DNA of 64,000 nt from Eledone cirrhosa (Eukaryota), in assembly GCA_964016885.1 (NCBI GenBank), contig OZ024741.1:332010001-332074000 (forward strand), written 5' to 3'. The position numbers were made by a program, and so were the translations under genes. Below are positions 13,075 through 27,546 of the stretch, piece by piece. The notes below the pieces were generated by a model. The model was given only the letters and a program-made list of their open reading frames with translations, searched no databases and had not been told where the DNA came from. Each line of letters opens with the position of its first letter. Position 1 is the stretch's first letter.

Positions 13075-14221
13075 ATAAGGAAAAGAAATTGAAAATGCAA
13101 CTGGAGTCTTTTAAGAATATTTATTTATTTACTTTATGGGTTTCACAGTTCTTATGATTTTCAAAAGTAAAATTGAGATGGAGGGTTTGTGTTTCTGATA
13201 TGTGTGTAGATTCCTGAGTTGTGTCTGAGGGTAACCACAGTTGAAAAGGGTAGTGAATATATTGCTAGAGTATATAGAGCAAATATTTATTAGCATGGAT
13301 TAAAAGTTTAAGCAAACAATTTCTGTTTCACCCTCTTATTATAGGAGATTATATTGGAAGATTTCCATTTAAACAGGAATTCTTTAAAATATCTTTTACT
13401 TCATACTATCAGAAACAGGTAGAAACAGGCATAGTATCAGAAACAGGATTAAATTCCTTTTAAGTAGGAAAACCTGCCAAAATGGTTTATATATTGTATT
13501 AGAAATATTTAAAAAATAATAAATATTTGAATGCATTTATAAATGTGAGTGTGTAAATATATGAAATTTCTATTACATAGAATTTGGGCCAAATTAGAAC
13601 ATGTGTCCAAACATTTTGGAGCTGACATAATTTTATATGTAAGTTTTATACTTTTTTAATGTAGAATATTTTAAAAATTGCTACAATAAATATTTTTTTA
13701 AAAATTTCTCTTAACCCTTTTGTTACCATATTTCTAATGAAACACACTGACTATGTTTCTCACAAATCCTTTGCTGAAGGAATTTTATCCGGAAATATTA
13801 AAGGCTAATTAAACACCTACAAGGTAACATTCCAACAACTTTGTTATTATAATTTTTAACATTTAATGTCCCATTTCCATTGTTGTAGTCCTCTAAAAAC
13901 AATACAATATTTTCTACACTTTCCATAATGCTTCAAGCAAACTACAACAAACAATTACTAAATTATTTTGAAAATGATCAAGAATATAGAGGCATTTAAA
14001 TTTCTCAATACTAAGCTGAGTGTTTGGAGGATATCTTAAAGGTTTTTATGTAAAATCATGCTGGAAGTGTTTTTTTAGATAAACAGTTTTGTATTCTAGA
14101 ACAATGTACAGTTTCAGGTGGTTTGGTATCAAAAGGGTTAAATATGTGTGTAACAATATAGTCTGTCATGTTCTCAGTGAGAATGGTATGTTGTCTGGTA
14201 TGCTTTCTCTCTCTCTCTCTC

Positions 14222-14299
<78 letters not shown>

Positions 14300-14393
14300 C
14301 CCTCTCTATCCCTACTGTTGTTGATCATTAGCAATCAAAATCATGAGTGCTTTTATAGATACTGGTTTATAATCTATATTTTTACAAACAGAA

Positions 14394-14430
<37 letters not shown>

Positions 14431-15738
14431 GATATTAATATCCCTTTGCTTATATATATATATAGACAAAGGTATTAATGGAAAATTAATCTTCTTTCAT
14501 CAAAGAACCTTATTTATTCCCTTACAATTGTTTCAAATGAGATATGACCTCGAATTATTCAAAATCTTGTTATAGAATTCGTTTTATGTGGTCAATCTAT
14601 GAAAAGCTAGAATTATATTCTATAAGGTTAATTCCCTACTCACCTTTGAGAATTGCTAATATACTCTAATATATATATATATATAGCATCCAGCTGTAGA
14701 AATCAAGGCAGAATCAGTTCCCGTCCCACCCTTGCAAGCAGGGAAAAGCAGACGTAAAATGATGATGATGATGATGATATATATACTTGCATGTTTACAT
14801 ATCTACATACTAAAGATATGTATATTTATATACATATTGTTGTCTCGGTTACACACACTGTTTTTATACAGATACAAGTTCCTTCATTCATTTTCTTCAG
14901 CAAACTTTAAAAAAAAGAATAGTTTGTGAATAATATATATATATATATATATATATAGGTGTATCTGTGTACATATATATATGTGTATATATATGTGTGT
15001 GTGTGTTTTTTATCTGTGTGTGTATATATATATATGTATGTGTGTGTGTGTGTGTATGATGTGGAAAATAAGTCAATTGATGAACCAGGAATGAAAAAAA
15101 TACCACATATATATCACCTATGAACTTCTCAACCGACACTCATACCTATCACATAGCAGGTTATCTGTTATCACATATGAAAATACTAGGATATCTTTCT
15201 ACATCACTATCTGCACTTCTATCCATATCTATCTTTTTATCAGTATTACATACCAAAAAGCTATATCCATTTGATGCACTTAATCTATTTTATTCGTTTG
15301 ATTTCATGTAAAATAATTACATTTTCATTATTTATCAGCACTGACATCTTCAGAATATCTATTTAAAAATTTATCCATTATGACATTTAGTGACAATTTT
15401 CATTCAATATTGAAGACCCCATTTTCTACTCAATTTTTTATCTATTTTCATTCAATGAAATCATTTACATACAGTATATCGTTCTCTGTAACATTAGTAG
15501 AAAATGGTTAAGTGGTTAAAAACAAATGAAATTACGAGATTGACTGAACAGTTTATAGGTTGACCAAGATACTTTCATGAAATGACCAAATAAATCCTTG
15601 GAAAGAAGAAAAAGCAGCTATTAAAAAAAAATAGTTGAAATTAATGCATGCAAGATTTTACAGCTCTAGCATCACTCTTTCGTAGCTAACCTATGAACTT
15701 TCCAGCCAACCTTTGTATACATATATATATATATATAT

Positions 15739-15913
15739 AATCATTGTTTCTACTTTTGGCACAAGGCCAGCAATTATCCCAGTGCATTACTGGTACTTTA
15801 TTTTATCAACCCCGTAAGGATGAAAGGCAAAGTTAACCTCGGCGGGATTTGAACTCAGATCATAAAGGGAGGTAACTCTATGCTTCAAAGCATGGCGTTC
15901 GACCCTCTACCGA
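15739..15913 (-). mobile_element. Nin/Deu-like tRNA-derived SINE (other copies 21056-21238 +, 27853-28040 -, 31916-32056 +, 40305-40463 +, 41113-41317 +, 55517-55676 -)
   Basis: Conserved 'gcctttcatccttacggggtcgataaaataaagtaccagtaatgcactggg...ggccttgtgccaaaagtagaaacaatt' in all copies. Confidence 0.8.
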
Positions 15914-16235
15914 TACATATATATAATAATATAAGAATAATTTGTTGAGCCTTCATTACGTTTATTGAATAGTGACGCGCGTTTCGCTATTGATCAGCTC
16001 AAGGTTTGATCTGTATTGATCTGGCCCGACTCTGGAATCAAATGCTCATCGGACCTCTGCTGTAGTATGATATGTGTGTGTGTTTGTGACAGCTCACACC
16101 TATGTAGGTGTAGCTGGCCTCCTCCAAGTTATAACTCGTTGAAGGTATCTTGGGTAATTTAATGATAGAGACCCCAGTCCTAAATGATATATATATATAT
16201 GTGTGTGTGTGTGTATGTATGTGTGTGTATATATA

Positions 16236-16313
<78 letters not shown>

Positions 16314-16977
16314 ATATATATACAAGATTTGGATAAAGAGTTCATAAGCTGACCAAGATACTCTCGCTAAATCACTAAATAAGTTTATTGTTCAACACAG
16401 TTCCCGGAAAGAAACAATGCAGCTATTAATAAAAAGATTTGAAATTAAAGCATGTAAGATTTCACAACTCTAGCATCACTCCTTCATAATCAGACAATGA
16501 ACTTTTCAGCCAGCCCTTGTATTGAAGACCCAACTTTTCCCTAAAATTATTCATGTATCTTCATTCAATGAAATGATTTGCATACAGTATATTGTTCTAT
16601 GTAACATTTGTAGAAGATGGTTAAATGGTTAAAAACAAATGGAATTATGCTAATGCAATAATATCTCATTCCTAGATTTAATTCACTCAATTGGAATGAC
16701 AATTTCATTGTTGATTATCTGGAGATACTTTGATGTAATTATTACAAATTGTAGCAGCAAGAAATATGTGAAATTTTAACCAACCTAAAGATGGCTTAAA
16801 GGTCAAAGTTTATATTAACAGAAAGATAAAAATGTCTATTATATTAGATAATATTCTATTTGGTGATGGCTTACATCAGATAAGTGTTTAGAAAGATAAA
16901 GACCCCCTTTAAGTGACATTTGTAAGTGATATACACACATACAAACACACACCACTATATATATATATATATATATT

Positions 16978-17200
16978 TTTTTTTATTTTATTTTATAGAA
17001 GGAGCTTCTACAGGACTAGTACTGTTTCATTCAGATGAAATCTTCAGGAAGCCCCTGAGCTTCCTGAAGATTTCATCTGAATGAAACAGTACTAGTCCTG
17101 TAGAAGCTCCTTCTATAAAATAAAATAAAAAAATTTTACTCTGCCATGTATTGAGTACCTTACTTACTGTGGTTATCCCCGACTCAACCCGGGACCTACG
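16978..17200. mobile_element. (TA)n-embedded fold-back element with 75-bp arms, each carrying a hammerhead ribozyme (Penelope-like pLTR derivative)
   Basis: Arms 16978-17052 and 17059-17133 are reverse complements around a 6-nt loop; a unique 3' tail runs to 17200; (TA)n on both sides. Confidence 0.8.
17057..17109 (+). ncRNA. Type I hammerhead ribozyme (mirror copy on - strand 17001-17055)
   Basis: GAGCUUC-CUGAAGA-U-UUCA-UC-UGAA-U-GAAACAG-UACUAGUC-CUGUA-GAAGCUC: 7-bp helix I, conserved core, helix III, predicted cut after GUA (17102). Confidence 0.85.
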
Positions 17201-17223
17201 TATATATATATATATATATATAT

Positions 17224-17680
17224 GTCACTGGACCGAGACCTTTGGCGGTACTCAGTAACAGAGAAGACCCGCCTTACCTAAATATATAGTAAAACCTACT
17301 CCAGCCAGTAGGCATCTCTAACAAAATACACCCCGTCCCACCACCCCCGCCCCCACCCCATCCACACCACCCCGTTCTATGTAAAGTTATGTTGGTGCCG
17401 CGCCATCGAGGCCGAAACAAATGAGATCGTGTAGGTGTGACGACAAAAAAACACACAGTCCACGCTGTAATGTGGCCGTGTAGGCAACACGGTAAAAACC
17501 TCCCAGACCCACACTGTAAATGTGGTTGGTGTTAGGAAGGGCATCCAACTGTAGAAAACCTGCCAGACAGTCCTATGCGAGCAAGACAATCACTCTTGCC
17601 TCAAGTGGGACTACCCCCGTCCAAACCCATGCAAGCGTGGAACACGGACGTTAAACGTTGATGATGATGATGATGATGAT
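17224..17680 (+). mobile_element. RTE LINE 3' end/3'-UTR (subfamily with 'cccgtccaaacccatgc' tail)
   Basis: Encodes DRDLWRYSVTEKTR, then a 3'-UTR shared with 50230-50668 and 61609-61900, and a (GAT)n tail. Confidence 0.8.
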
Positions 17681-17689
17681 ATATAATAT

Positions 17690-19190
17690 AAGATCAAAAG
17701 ATGGTTAAAAGAGTTCCAAGTATTTTATTATGCGCATTACAAAAACAAATTTCATCATGGGATGATATTTGCGTTCTCATCAGATAAAATAGGGAGATAT
17801 GATATGAAGCTTAAAAAACACTTGTGAGCAGTGAAGTTTTAAATCAACATATGAAAAATAAAGTAAGATGGATATATGAGATTGGGAAAAAAAAGGGGGG
17901 GGGGGGTAGGAAAAGGTAAGGAAGAGAAAGAAAGAAAATAAAGGATGACGGGGGAGGAGTATAAGAAGGAAGGATGAGAGAGGAGGAGAAATGAGTGATA
18001 GAGAGAGAAATAGCCTTTAAAACAGAGAAAACATTGTCTCACAGACAGAGCGAAATTAATAAACCGTTGAAAGATAATAGATAATTTAAAAAGATTTTGA
18101 AATTAAAAGTTAATGAGGTTTATGGATGGTGATGTTTATGATTAAAGAAAAAGGAATTAAGAATAGTATTTATTTAAGGTTTATATATTGAAGGGTTTAA
18201 TAATATGTGCGAAAAAAAGAATTTATTAATATGTATTATTAAAATAAAAATATTAAGGATATTAAGGATATAATGTGAAAGAAGGAGAGAATAAATGAAT
18301 TAAGAACTTAGAGGAATTAGTTAGGGTTTAAGTTTGTTTTTATGTATTGTAATATGTAAAAGTAAATAATAGGTTTAATACGAGCACGGAAGGAGAGAAG
18401 AAAAAAGAAAATTTAAGGAAGAAAAAATATATAACGTCAAAAAGTATATATGTTTACAAAATTTTCTAATGGTAATATTATTATATATTAAGAAAAATAT
18501 AGTTTCTATGGGCAATAATATGAGGAAAAATGGAAAAATGGAAAATGCTATAGTGAGTAATAATATGAATTAAGAAGTAATTGGGAAGTAAAAGTTACAG
18601 ATTAAAGATTAGAAATTAAAAATGAAAAAGGAAAGAAAGGAAAAAGAATAAAAAGAAGAAAGATAGGGGACCTCTAACGACATAGAATAAGTAAATTGTA
18701 TAATATAATATACTGAAATAAGGTAGAAAGATGGGTATATTTGTAATAGATATAAAAGCCTTTGAGAAAAAAAGATTTTAAACTAATTATGTATTGAGAT
18801 ATTAGCTGCATACTTTATGGAAAGTTCTATGGGATTTATGCAAGCAGAGCGAGAATAAATCCGTACGTCTATTTATTATAGAATTAAAATTAGATATAAT
18901 GGTAAATTCCTCGGCTAGGCAGAGATTACATGTTCTGGATAGGGAAGAATTCTGGTAAGGCCTTGCAAACCTTCCTCCAAGAGATGTTATAGTTAATATT
19001 TTTGTCTTTTAAGGACCATATGAGTTCCGAGAGTGCCGTGTTAGTTCTTTTAAGTTGGTATTTAAAAGACGATTTGTGATTATAAAATCTTGCTTTAAAG
19101 GAAGTGGAACCGAAATAGGTAAAATAATTAGTACCAGTTATAACCTTACATTCATACACTAGGTTTTTATCAAGACATTGGTTAAAAAGT
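17690..19190 (-). mobile_element. 5'-truncated Penelope-like element: GIY-YIG endonuclease remnant, ~1-kb 3' region, terminal hammerhead
   Basis: Minus-strand peptide VYECKV...YFGSTSFKARFYNHKSSF...TALSELIWSLK...ISW, then frameshifted CNLC and INRRTDLFSLCLHK (GIY-YIG with Cys/His motif). Hammerhead-like fold at 17731-17791. Confidence 0.75.
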
Positions 19191-19420
19191 TAGTGTATGA
19201 ATGAAATTAGTGTACTAATTTCTGTTTACCTTTTACACATATATATATATATATCACGATACATTAACGGAGCCATAGACTCTCGCCAAATCTTTGGATT
19301 TGTAAGTGTGTTATATAGTTATAGAGGTATTTATTTACGCTTTAATTTATATTTTTAATTATCGTATGTATACGCTGCCTTTCATATATATATATATATA
19401 TATATATAGATAGATAGATA

Positions 19421-21052
<1,632 letters not shown>

Positions 21053-21480
21053 TTTGATTGGCAGTATCGGTAGAGGGTCGGACGCCATGCTTTGACGCAT
21101 TGAGTTACGGCCCTTGCCATTCTGAGTTCAAATCCCGCCGAGGTTAGCTTTGCCTTTCATCCTTACGGGGTCGATAAAATAAAGTACCAGTAATACACTG
21201 GGTATGTCGGCCTTGTGCCAAAAGTAGAAACAATTATTTGATATTGAAATGGCTTTCACAGGATTGTCTACATTCTACTAATGTACTGAGTACCTTTTTT
21301 AACTGTGGTTATCCTGAGGAATTTGTTCAATTTTTGTCACCTCATTACTACTGAATTCCATAGAGATATACTCTGAAACTGATTAACCACAGTTAGAATT
21401 GAGTAGGGCAGTGCTTGGCATGATGTTTCAATACCATACATAGCATGAAACACCTTGTGGTATTGTGATTTCATCAACTT

Positions 21481-21511
<31 letters not shown>

Positions 21512-22505
21512 ACAACATATATACACACACATATGAGTCAGCAACATGATTGGGGGAGGGGCAATAATGATGATGGATTATATATATATATATGAACATA
21601 TATATAAGCACATATGGACATAATTATATGAACATATATATTCGAATATGGTGGCTGCCAACTCGTTTTCGAGTACGGCCACTACTTTATATCCATGTAG
21701 GAGAACCCCTACCGATGCGCTGAACAAGTGTGACTTTTTAGTCCAACCAGCAACTTGAAAACTCTGGTACCAACACTACACTTGTGACAATTATTGATAC
21801 ATAGTGCTGGGCCCATGATACCATGTGACGACAATTGCAGAGAGATCTCCAGATATAAAGCAATGCCGTGAAGCTTTTATAGTGAGCAAAGGCACTGCAC
21901 AAAGCCAGTCCCACTCTCTTAACCAAGATAATATTTACCAAAAAGAAGAACAAGTCAACATCATTGGATACCATCAGGGTTGCAGGTGTTATATCAGAGT
22001 TTTCCTTCTCCTAGAATTCTGCCTTGACAAAGGCTAAGGGGTCATCTCTCCTGGTGATTTTGGATAGCCATTGACTCTTAAGAGCTCTTTTGCCCTTTGA
22101 CATGTTTTGTTTTTAGTCCTGCAGGATGTCCAAAGTCATCCTCCTCACCAAGAACGCTTGGTGGGGTTGCCAGTTTAGAAGCCAACGACCCGACCATGAG
22201 ACAGGTTGTACTGGGATACATGTTACCAGTAGCACCAACTGGTGACCTGACAGTCACGTATATGACCTGACATGTATGTATATTCGAATATACATACATG
22301 GATACACACATATACAGGTATAAATATACATATAAATACACACACACACATATATACATATATATGTATATATATGAACATATGCACACATATAAACATA
22401 TACAAACATTCACATACATACATAGATGAGCACATATATATGAACATTTATATGAACATACACATTGGAACACAAACACATGTATATTAACACATACACA
22501 CACAG

Positions 22506-22547
<42 letters not shown>

Positions 22548-22776
22548 GAGTTAAACAAGATTCAAAGAAAGTATATCAAAGAATGAGTTTTACAGTAGAT
22601 TGGAAGCACTCTATGGAAAATAATTTTCTAGAGTTATTAATATTAAAATAACATCTCAGGGTATGTTATGTATCATTATATTTTGTCTGTGGAGGACGTA
22701 CTGTTGTACATCTGAAATATGTATAATAAAATGTAATTGATAAAAAGAACATCTATTTTATTAATATTTGTATTTT

Positions 22777-22874
<98 letters not shown>

Positions 22875-23284
22875 AATGTTTAAAATGAAATGGCATGAAC
22901 TGAAAGATTTGCTTTGCATGGCATGCGTTCCGTCGCCATCACTTAGCACATGTGGATTGAAATATATATATCAGTCAACATGCTTCATTGCCTCGTAGAA
23001 TTGGATTGCCGTATAAGGCAGTAAATCTGCGAAGACTGATGTAAAATAGAAGAAGCAGTGAAAAGATAACAATTAGATTAATCTGCTAACATCCAGTGGT
23101 GTAGTTTAATGATTTTTTCCCAAAACAACCGTAATAGAGAGATAAGTGGCAGAATGTGCCTAAAGCCAATATTACTAGCTTCTGCAATGATATATATTCT
23201 GAATTCACTGTTAATCAAGTTAAGCAGAAAGAGGGAGACACAGAGTGGGTGGCGGTGGTTGGTTGGTGTATATGTATGTATGTA

Positions 23285-23322
<38 letters not shown>

Positions 23323-23504
23323 CAGACACATAAACATACATACATACACACACATTATATATATATATACACACATTATATATATATACACACGCTGAGA
23401 GAAAACATACATGCATATACCTATATATGTATATATATATATGTATATAAATATATGCATGTATGCATACATGTTTATATATAAGATGATGATGATGATG
23501 ATGA

Positions 23505-23540
<36 letters not shown>

Positions 23541-23545
<5 letters not shown>

Positions 23546-23734
23546 AACAAGTATGACCCCGACGGCAGAGCTCAAGCCGTTTCGACGGCTAATTCTGGAC
23601 TAAAATTAGTCGTCGAAACGGCTTGAGCTCTGCCGTCGGGGTCATACTTCTTCCTATTACCCACTCTACTACCCTAAGTATTGAGTACTTTGGTGCGTTA
23701 TGGTCCATCTGGTTCCTTACCACATTTCCTTTGT

Positions 23735-23735
<1 letters not shown>
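23541..23735. mobile_element. Fold-back element with 5'-truncated hammerhead (family also at 12372-12430, 33811-33950, 37300-37437)
   Basis: Arms 23541-23594 and 23604-23657 contain CGAAACGGC-uugagcucu-GCCGUC-GGGGUC (helix III, GUC, helix I 3' strand); the CUGANGA half is missing. Confidence 0.7.
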
Positions 23736-23778
<43 letters not shown>

Positions 23779-23972
23779 TGTATATATATGTATACACCAA
23801 ATAGGCATGTATATGCATACATATTTATATGTGTGTGTATATATCTGTCTGTATGTATGTATATCTATCTATATGTATGTATACATAGAAATACACATTG
23901 AAAGGTATAAAGGTAAAGTATACAACAGTTGTTGTTGAAGGAGACATCGTTAAAAATGAAGTGTTAAAGTTA

Positions 23973-26900
23973 ATGGTGCTGATGTTGTTGTTGGTGGTGG
24001 TAGTGGTGGTGGTGGTGGTGGTGGTGGTGGTTGTGATGGTGGTGGTGGTGGTGGTGGTGGTGGTGGTGGTGGTGGTAGTGGTGGTTGTGATGGTGGTGGT
24101 GGTGGTGGTGGTGGTGGTGGTGGTGGTGGTGGTGGTTGTGATGGTGGTGGTGGTGGTGGTGGTGGTAGTGGTGGTGGTGTTGTTGTTGGTGGTGGTAGTG
24201 GTGGTGGTGGTGGTAGTGGTGGTGGTGTTGTTGTTGGTGGTGGTAGTGGTGGTGGTGGTGGTGGTAGTGGTGGTTGTGATGGTGGTGGTGGTGGTGGTGG
24301 TGGTAGTGGTGGTGGTGTTGTTGTTGGTGGTGGTAGTGGTGGTGGTGGTGGTGGTAGTGGTGGTTGTGATGGTGGTGGTGGTGGTGGTGGTGGTGGTGGT
24401 GGTGGTGGTGGTTGTGATGGTGGTGGTGGTGGTGGTGGTGGTAGTGGTGGTGGTGTTGTTGTTGGTGGTGGTAGTGGTGGTGGTGGTGGTGGTAGTGGTG
24501 GTTGTGATGGTGGTGGTGGTGGTGGTGGTGGTGGTGGTGGTGGTGGTGGTGGTTGTGATGGTGGTGGTGGTGGTGGTGGTGGTAGTGGTGCTGATGTTGT
24601 TGTTGGTGGTGGTAGTGGTGGTGGTGGTGGTGGTAGTGGTGGTTGTGATGGTGGTGGTGGTGGTGGTGGTGGTGGTGGTGGTGGTGGTGGTGGTTGTGAT
24701 GGTGGTGGTGGTGGTGGTGGTGGTAGTGGTGGTGGTGTTGTTGTTGGTGGTGGTAGTGGTGGTGGTGGTGGTGGTAGTGGTGGTTGTGATGGTGGTGGTG
24801 GTGGTGGTGGTGGTGGTGGTGGTGGTGGTGGTGGTTGTGATGGTGGTGGTGGTGGTGGTGGTGGTAGTGGTGCTGATGTTGTTGTTGGTGGTGGTAGTGG
24901 TGGTGGTGGTGGTGGTAGTGGTGGTTGTGATGGTGGTGGTGGTGGTGGTGGTGGTGGTGGTGGTGGTGGTGGTGGTTGTGATGGTGGTGGTGGTGGTGGT
25001 GGTGGTAGTGGTGGTGGTGTTGTTGTTGGTGGTGGTAGTGGTGGTGGTGGTGGTAGTGGTGGTGGTGTTGTTGTTGGTGGTGGTAGTGGTGGTGGTGGTG
25101 GTGGTAGTGGTGGTTGTGATGGTGGTGGTGGTGGTGGTGGTGGTAGTGGTGGTGGTGTTGTTGTTGGTGGTGGTAGTGGTGGTGGTGGTGGTGGTAGTGG
25201 TGGTTGTGATGGTGGTGGTGGTGGTGGTGGTGGTGGTGGTGGTGGTGGTGGTGGTTGTGGTGGTGGTGGTGGTGGTTGTGATTGTGGTGGTGGTGGTGGT
25301 GGTGGTGGTGGTAGTGGTGGTTGTGATGGTGGTGGTGGTGGTGGTGGTGGTGGTGGTGGTGGTGGTGGTGGTTGTGGTGGTGGTGGTGGTGGTTGTGATT
25401 GTGGTGGTGGTGGTGGTGGTGGTGGTGGTGGTAGTGGTGGTTGTGATTGTGGTGGTGGTGGTGGTGGTAGTGGTGGTGGTGGTGGTGGTGGTGGTGGTGG
25501 TAGTGGTGGTTGTGATTGTGGTGGTGGTGGTGGTGGTAGTGGTGGTGGTGGTGGTGGTGGTGGTGGTGGTGGTGGTGGTGGTAGTGGTGGTTGTGATTGT
25601 GGTGGTGGTGGTGGTGGTGGTGGTTGTGATTGTGGTGGTGGTGGTGGTGGTGGTGGTAGTGGTGGTGGTGGTGGTGGTGGTGGTGGTGGTAGTGGTGGTT
25701 GTGATTGTGGTGGTGGTGGTGGTGGTAGTGGTGGTTGTGGTGGTGGTGGTGGTGGTGGTGGTGGTAGTGGTAGTGGTGGTAGTGGTGGTGGTGGTGGTAG
25801 TGGTGGTTGTGATTGTGGTGGTGGTGGTGGTGGTGGTGGTGGTGGTGGTAGTGGTGGTTGTGATTGTGGTGGTGGTGGTGGTGGTGGTGGTAGTGGTGGT
25901 TGTGATTGTGGTGGTGGTGGTGGTGGTGGTGGTAGTGGTGGTTGTGATTGTGGCGGTGGTGGTGGTGGTGGTGGTGGTAGTGGTGGTGGTGGTAGTAGTG
26001 GTAGTGGTTGTGGTGGTGGTGGTGGTGGTAGTGGTGGTGGTGGTGGTAGTGGTGGTGGTGGTGGTGGTGGTGGTGGTGGTTGTGGTGGTGGTGGTGGTGG
26101 TTGTGATGGTGGTGGTGGTGGTGGTGGTGGTGGTGGTAGTGATGGTGGTGGTGGTGGTGGTGGTGGTGGTGGTGGTGGTGGTGGTGGTGGTTGTGGTGGT
26201 GGTGGTGGTGGTTGTGATGGTGGTGGTGGTGGTGGTGGTGGTGGTGGTAGTGGTGGTTGTGATGGTGGTGGTGGTGGTGGTGGTGGTGGTGGTGGTGGTG
26301 GTGGTGGTTGTGGTGGTGGTGGTGGTGGTTGTGATTGTGGTGGTGGTGGTGGTGGTGGTGGTGGTGGTAGTGGTGGTTGTGATTGTGGTGGTGGTGGTGG
26401 TGGTAGTGGTGGTGGTGGTGGTGGTGGTGGTGGTGGTAGTGGTGGTTGTGATTGTGGTGGTGGTGGTGGTGGTAGTGGTGGTGGTGGTGGTGGTGGTGGT
26501 GGTGGTGGTAGTGGTGGTTGTGATTGTGGTGGTGGTGGTGGTGGTGGTGGTTGTGATTGTGGTGGTGGTGGTGGTGGTGGTGGTAGTAGTGGTGGTGGTG
26601 GTGGTGGTGGTGGTGGTAGTGGTGGTTGTGATTGTGGTGGTGGTGGTGGTGGTAGTGGTGGTTGTGGTGGTGGTGGTGGTGGTGGTGGTGGTAGTGGTAG
26701 TGGTGGTGGTGGTGGTGGTGGTGGTAGTGGTGGTTGTGATTGTGGTGGTGGTGGTGGTGGTGGTGGTGGTGGTAGTGGTGGTTGTGATTGTGGTGGTGGT
26801 GGTGGTGGTGGTGGTAGTGGTGGTTGTGATTGTGGTGGTGGTGGTGGTGGTGGTGGTAGTGGTGGTTGTGATTGTGGCGGTGGTGGTGGTGGTGGTGGTG

Positions 26901-27546
26901 GTAGTGGTGGTGGTGGTAGTAGTGGTAGTGGTTGTGGTGGTGGTGGTGGTGGTAGTGGTGGTGGTGGTGGTAGTGGTGGTGGTGGTGGTGGTGGTGGTAG
27001 TGGTGGTTGTGATTGTGGTGGTGGTGGTGGTGGTGGTGGTAGTGGTGGTTGTGATTGTGGTGGTGGTGGTGGTGGTGGTGGTGGTGGTAGTGGTGGTGGT
27101 GGTAGTAGTGGTAGTGGTTGTGGTGGTGGTGGTGGTGGTAGTGGTGGTGGCGGTGGTAGTGGTGGTGGCGGTGATGTTGTTCTTGTTCTATTTGTTGTTG
27201 GTAGTAGTGGTTGTGATTGTGGTGGTGGTGGTGGTGGTAGTGGTGGTGGTGGTGGTGGTGGTGGTGGTGGTAGTAGTGGTAGTGGTTGTGGTGGTGGCGG
27301 TGGTGGTAGTGGTGGTGGTGGTGGTAGTGGTGGTAGTAGTGGTTGTGATTGTGGTGGTGGTGGTAGTGGTGGTGGTGGTGGTAGTGGTGGTAGTAGTGGT
27401 TGTGATTGTGGTGGTTGTGGTAGTGGTGGTGGTGGTGGTGGTAGTGGTGGTAGTAGTGGTTGTGATTGTGGTGGTGGTGGTGGTGGTAGTAGTGGTTGTG
27501 ATTGTGGTAGTTGTGGTGGTGGTGGTGGTGGTGGTGGTGGTGGTAG
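23973..27546. repeat. ~3.6-kb (GTG/GGT)n trinucleotide satellite with higher-order variants
   Basis: Continuous GTG with interspersed GTA, GTT, ATG, ATT, TTG triplets in recurring blocks; grades into (GAT)n to ~28190. Confidence 0.97.

Noticed and set aside
21640-22270. GC-richer segment that may be a LINE 5' or SINE fragment
   Set aside because: No diagnostic peptide or second copy in the window, so it cannot be classified.
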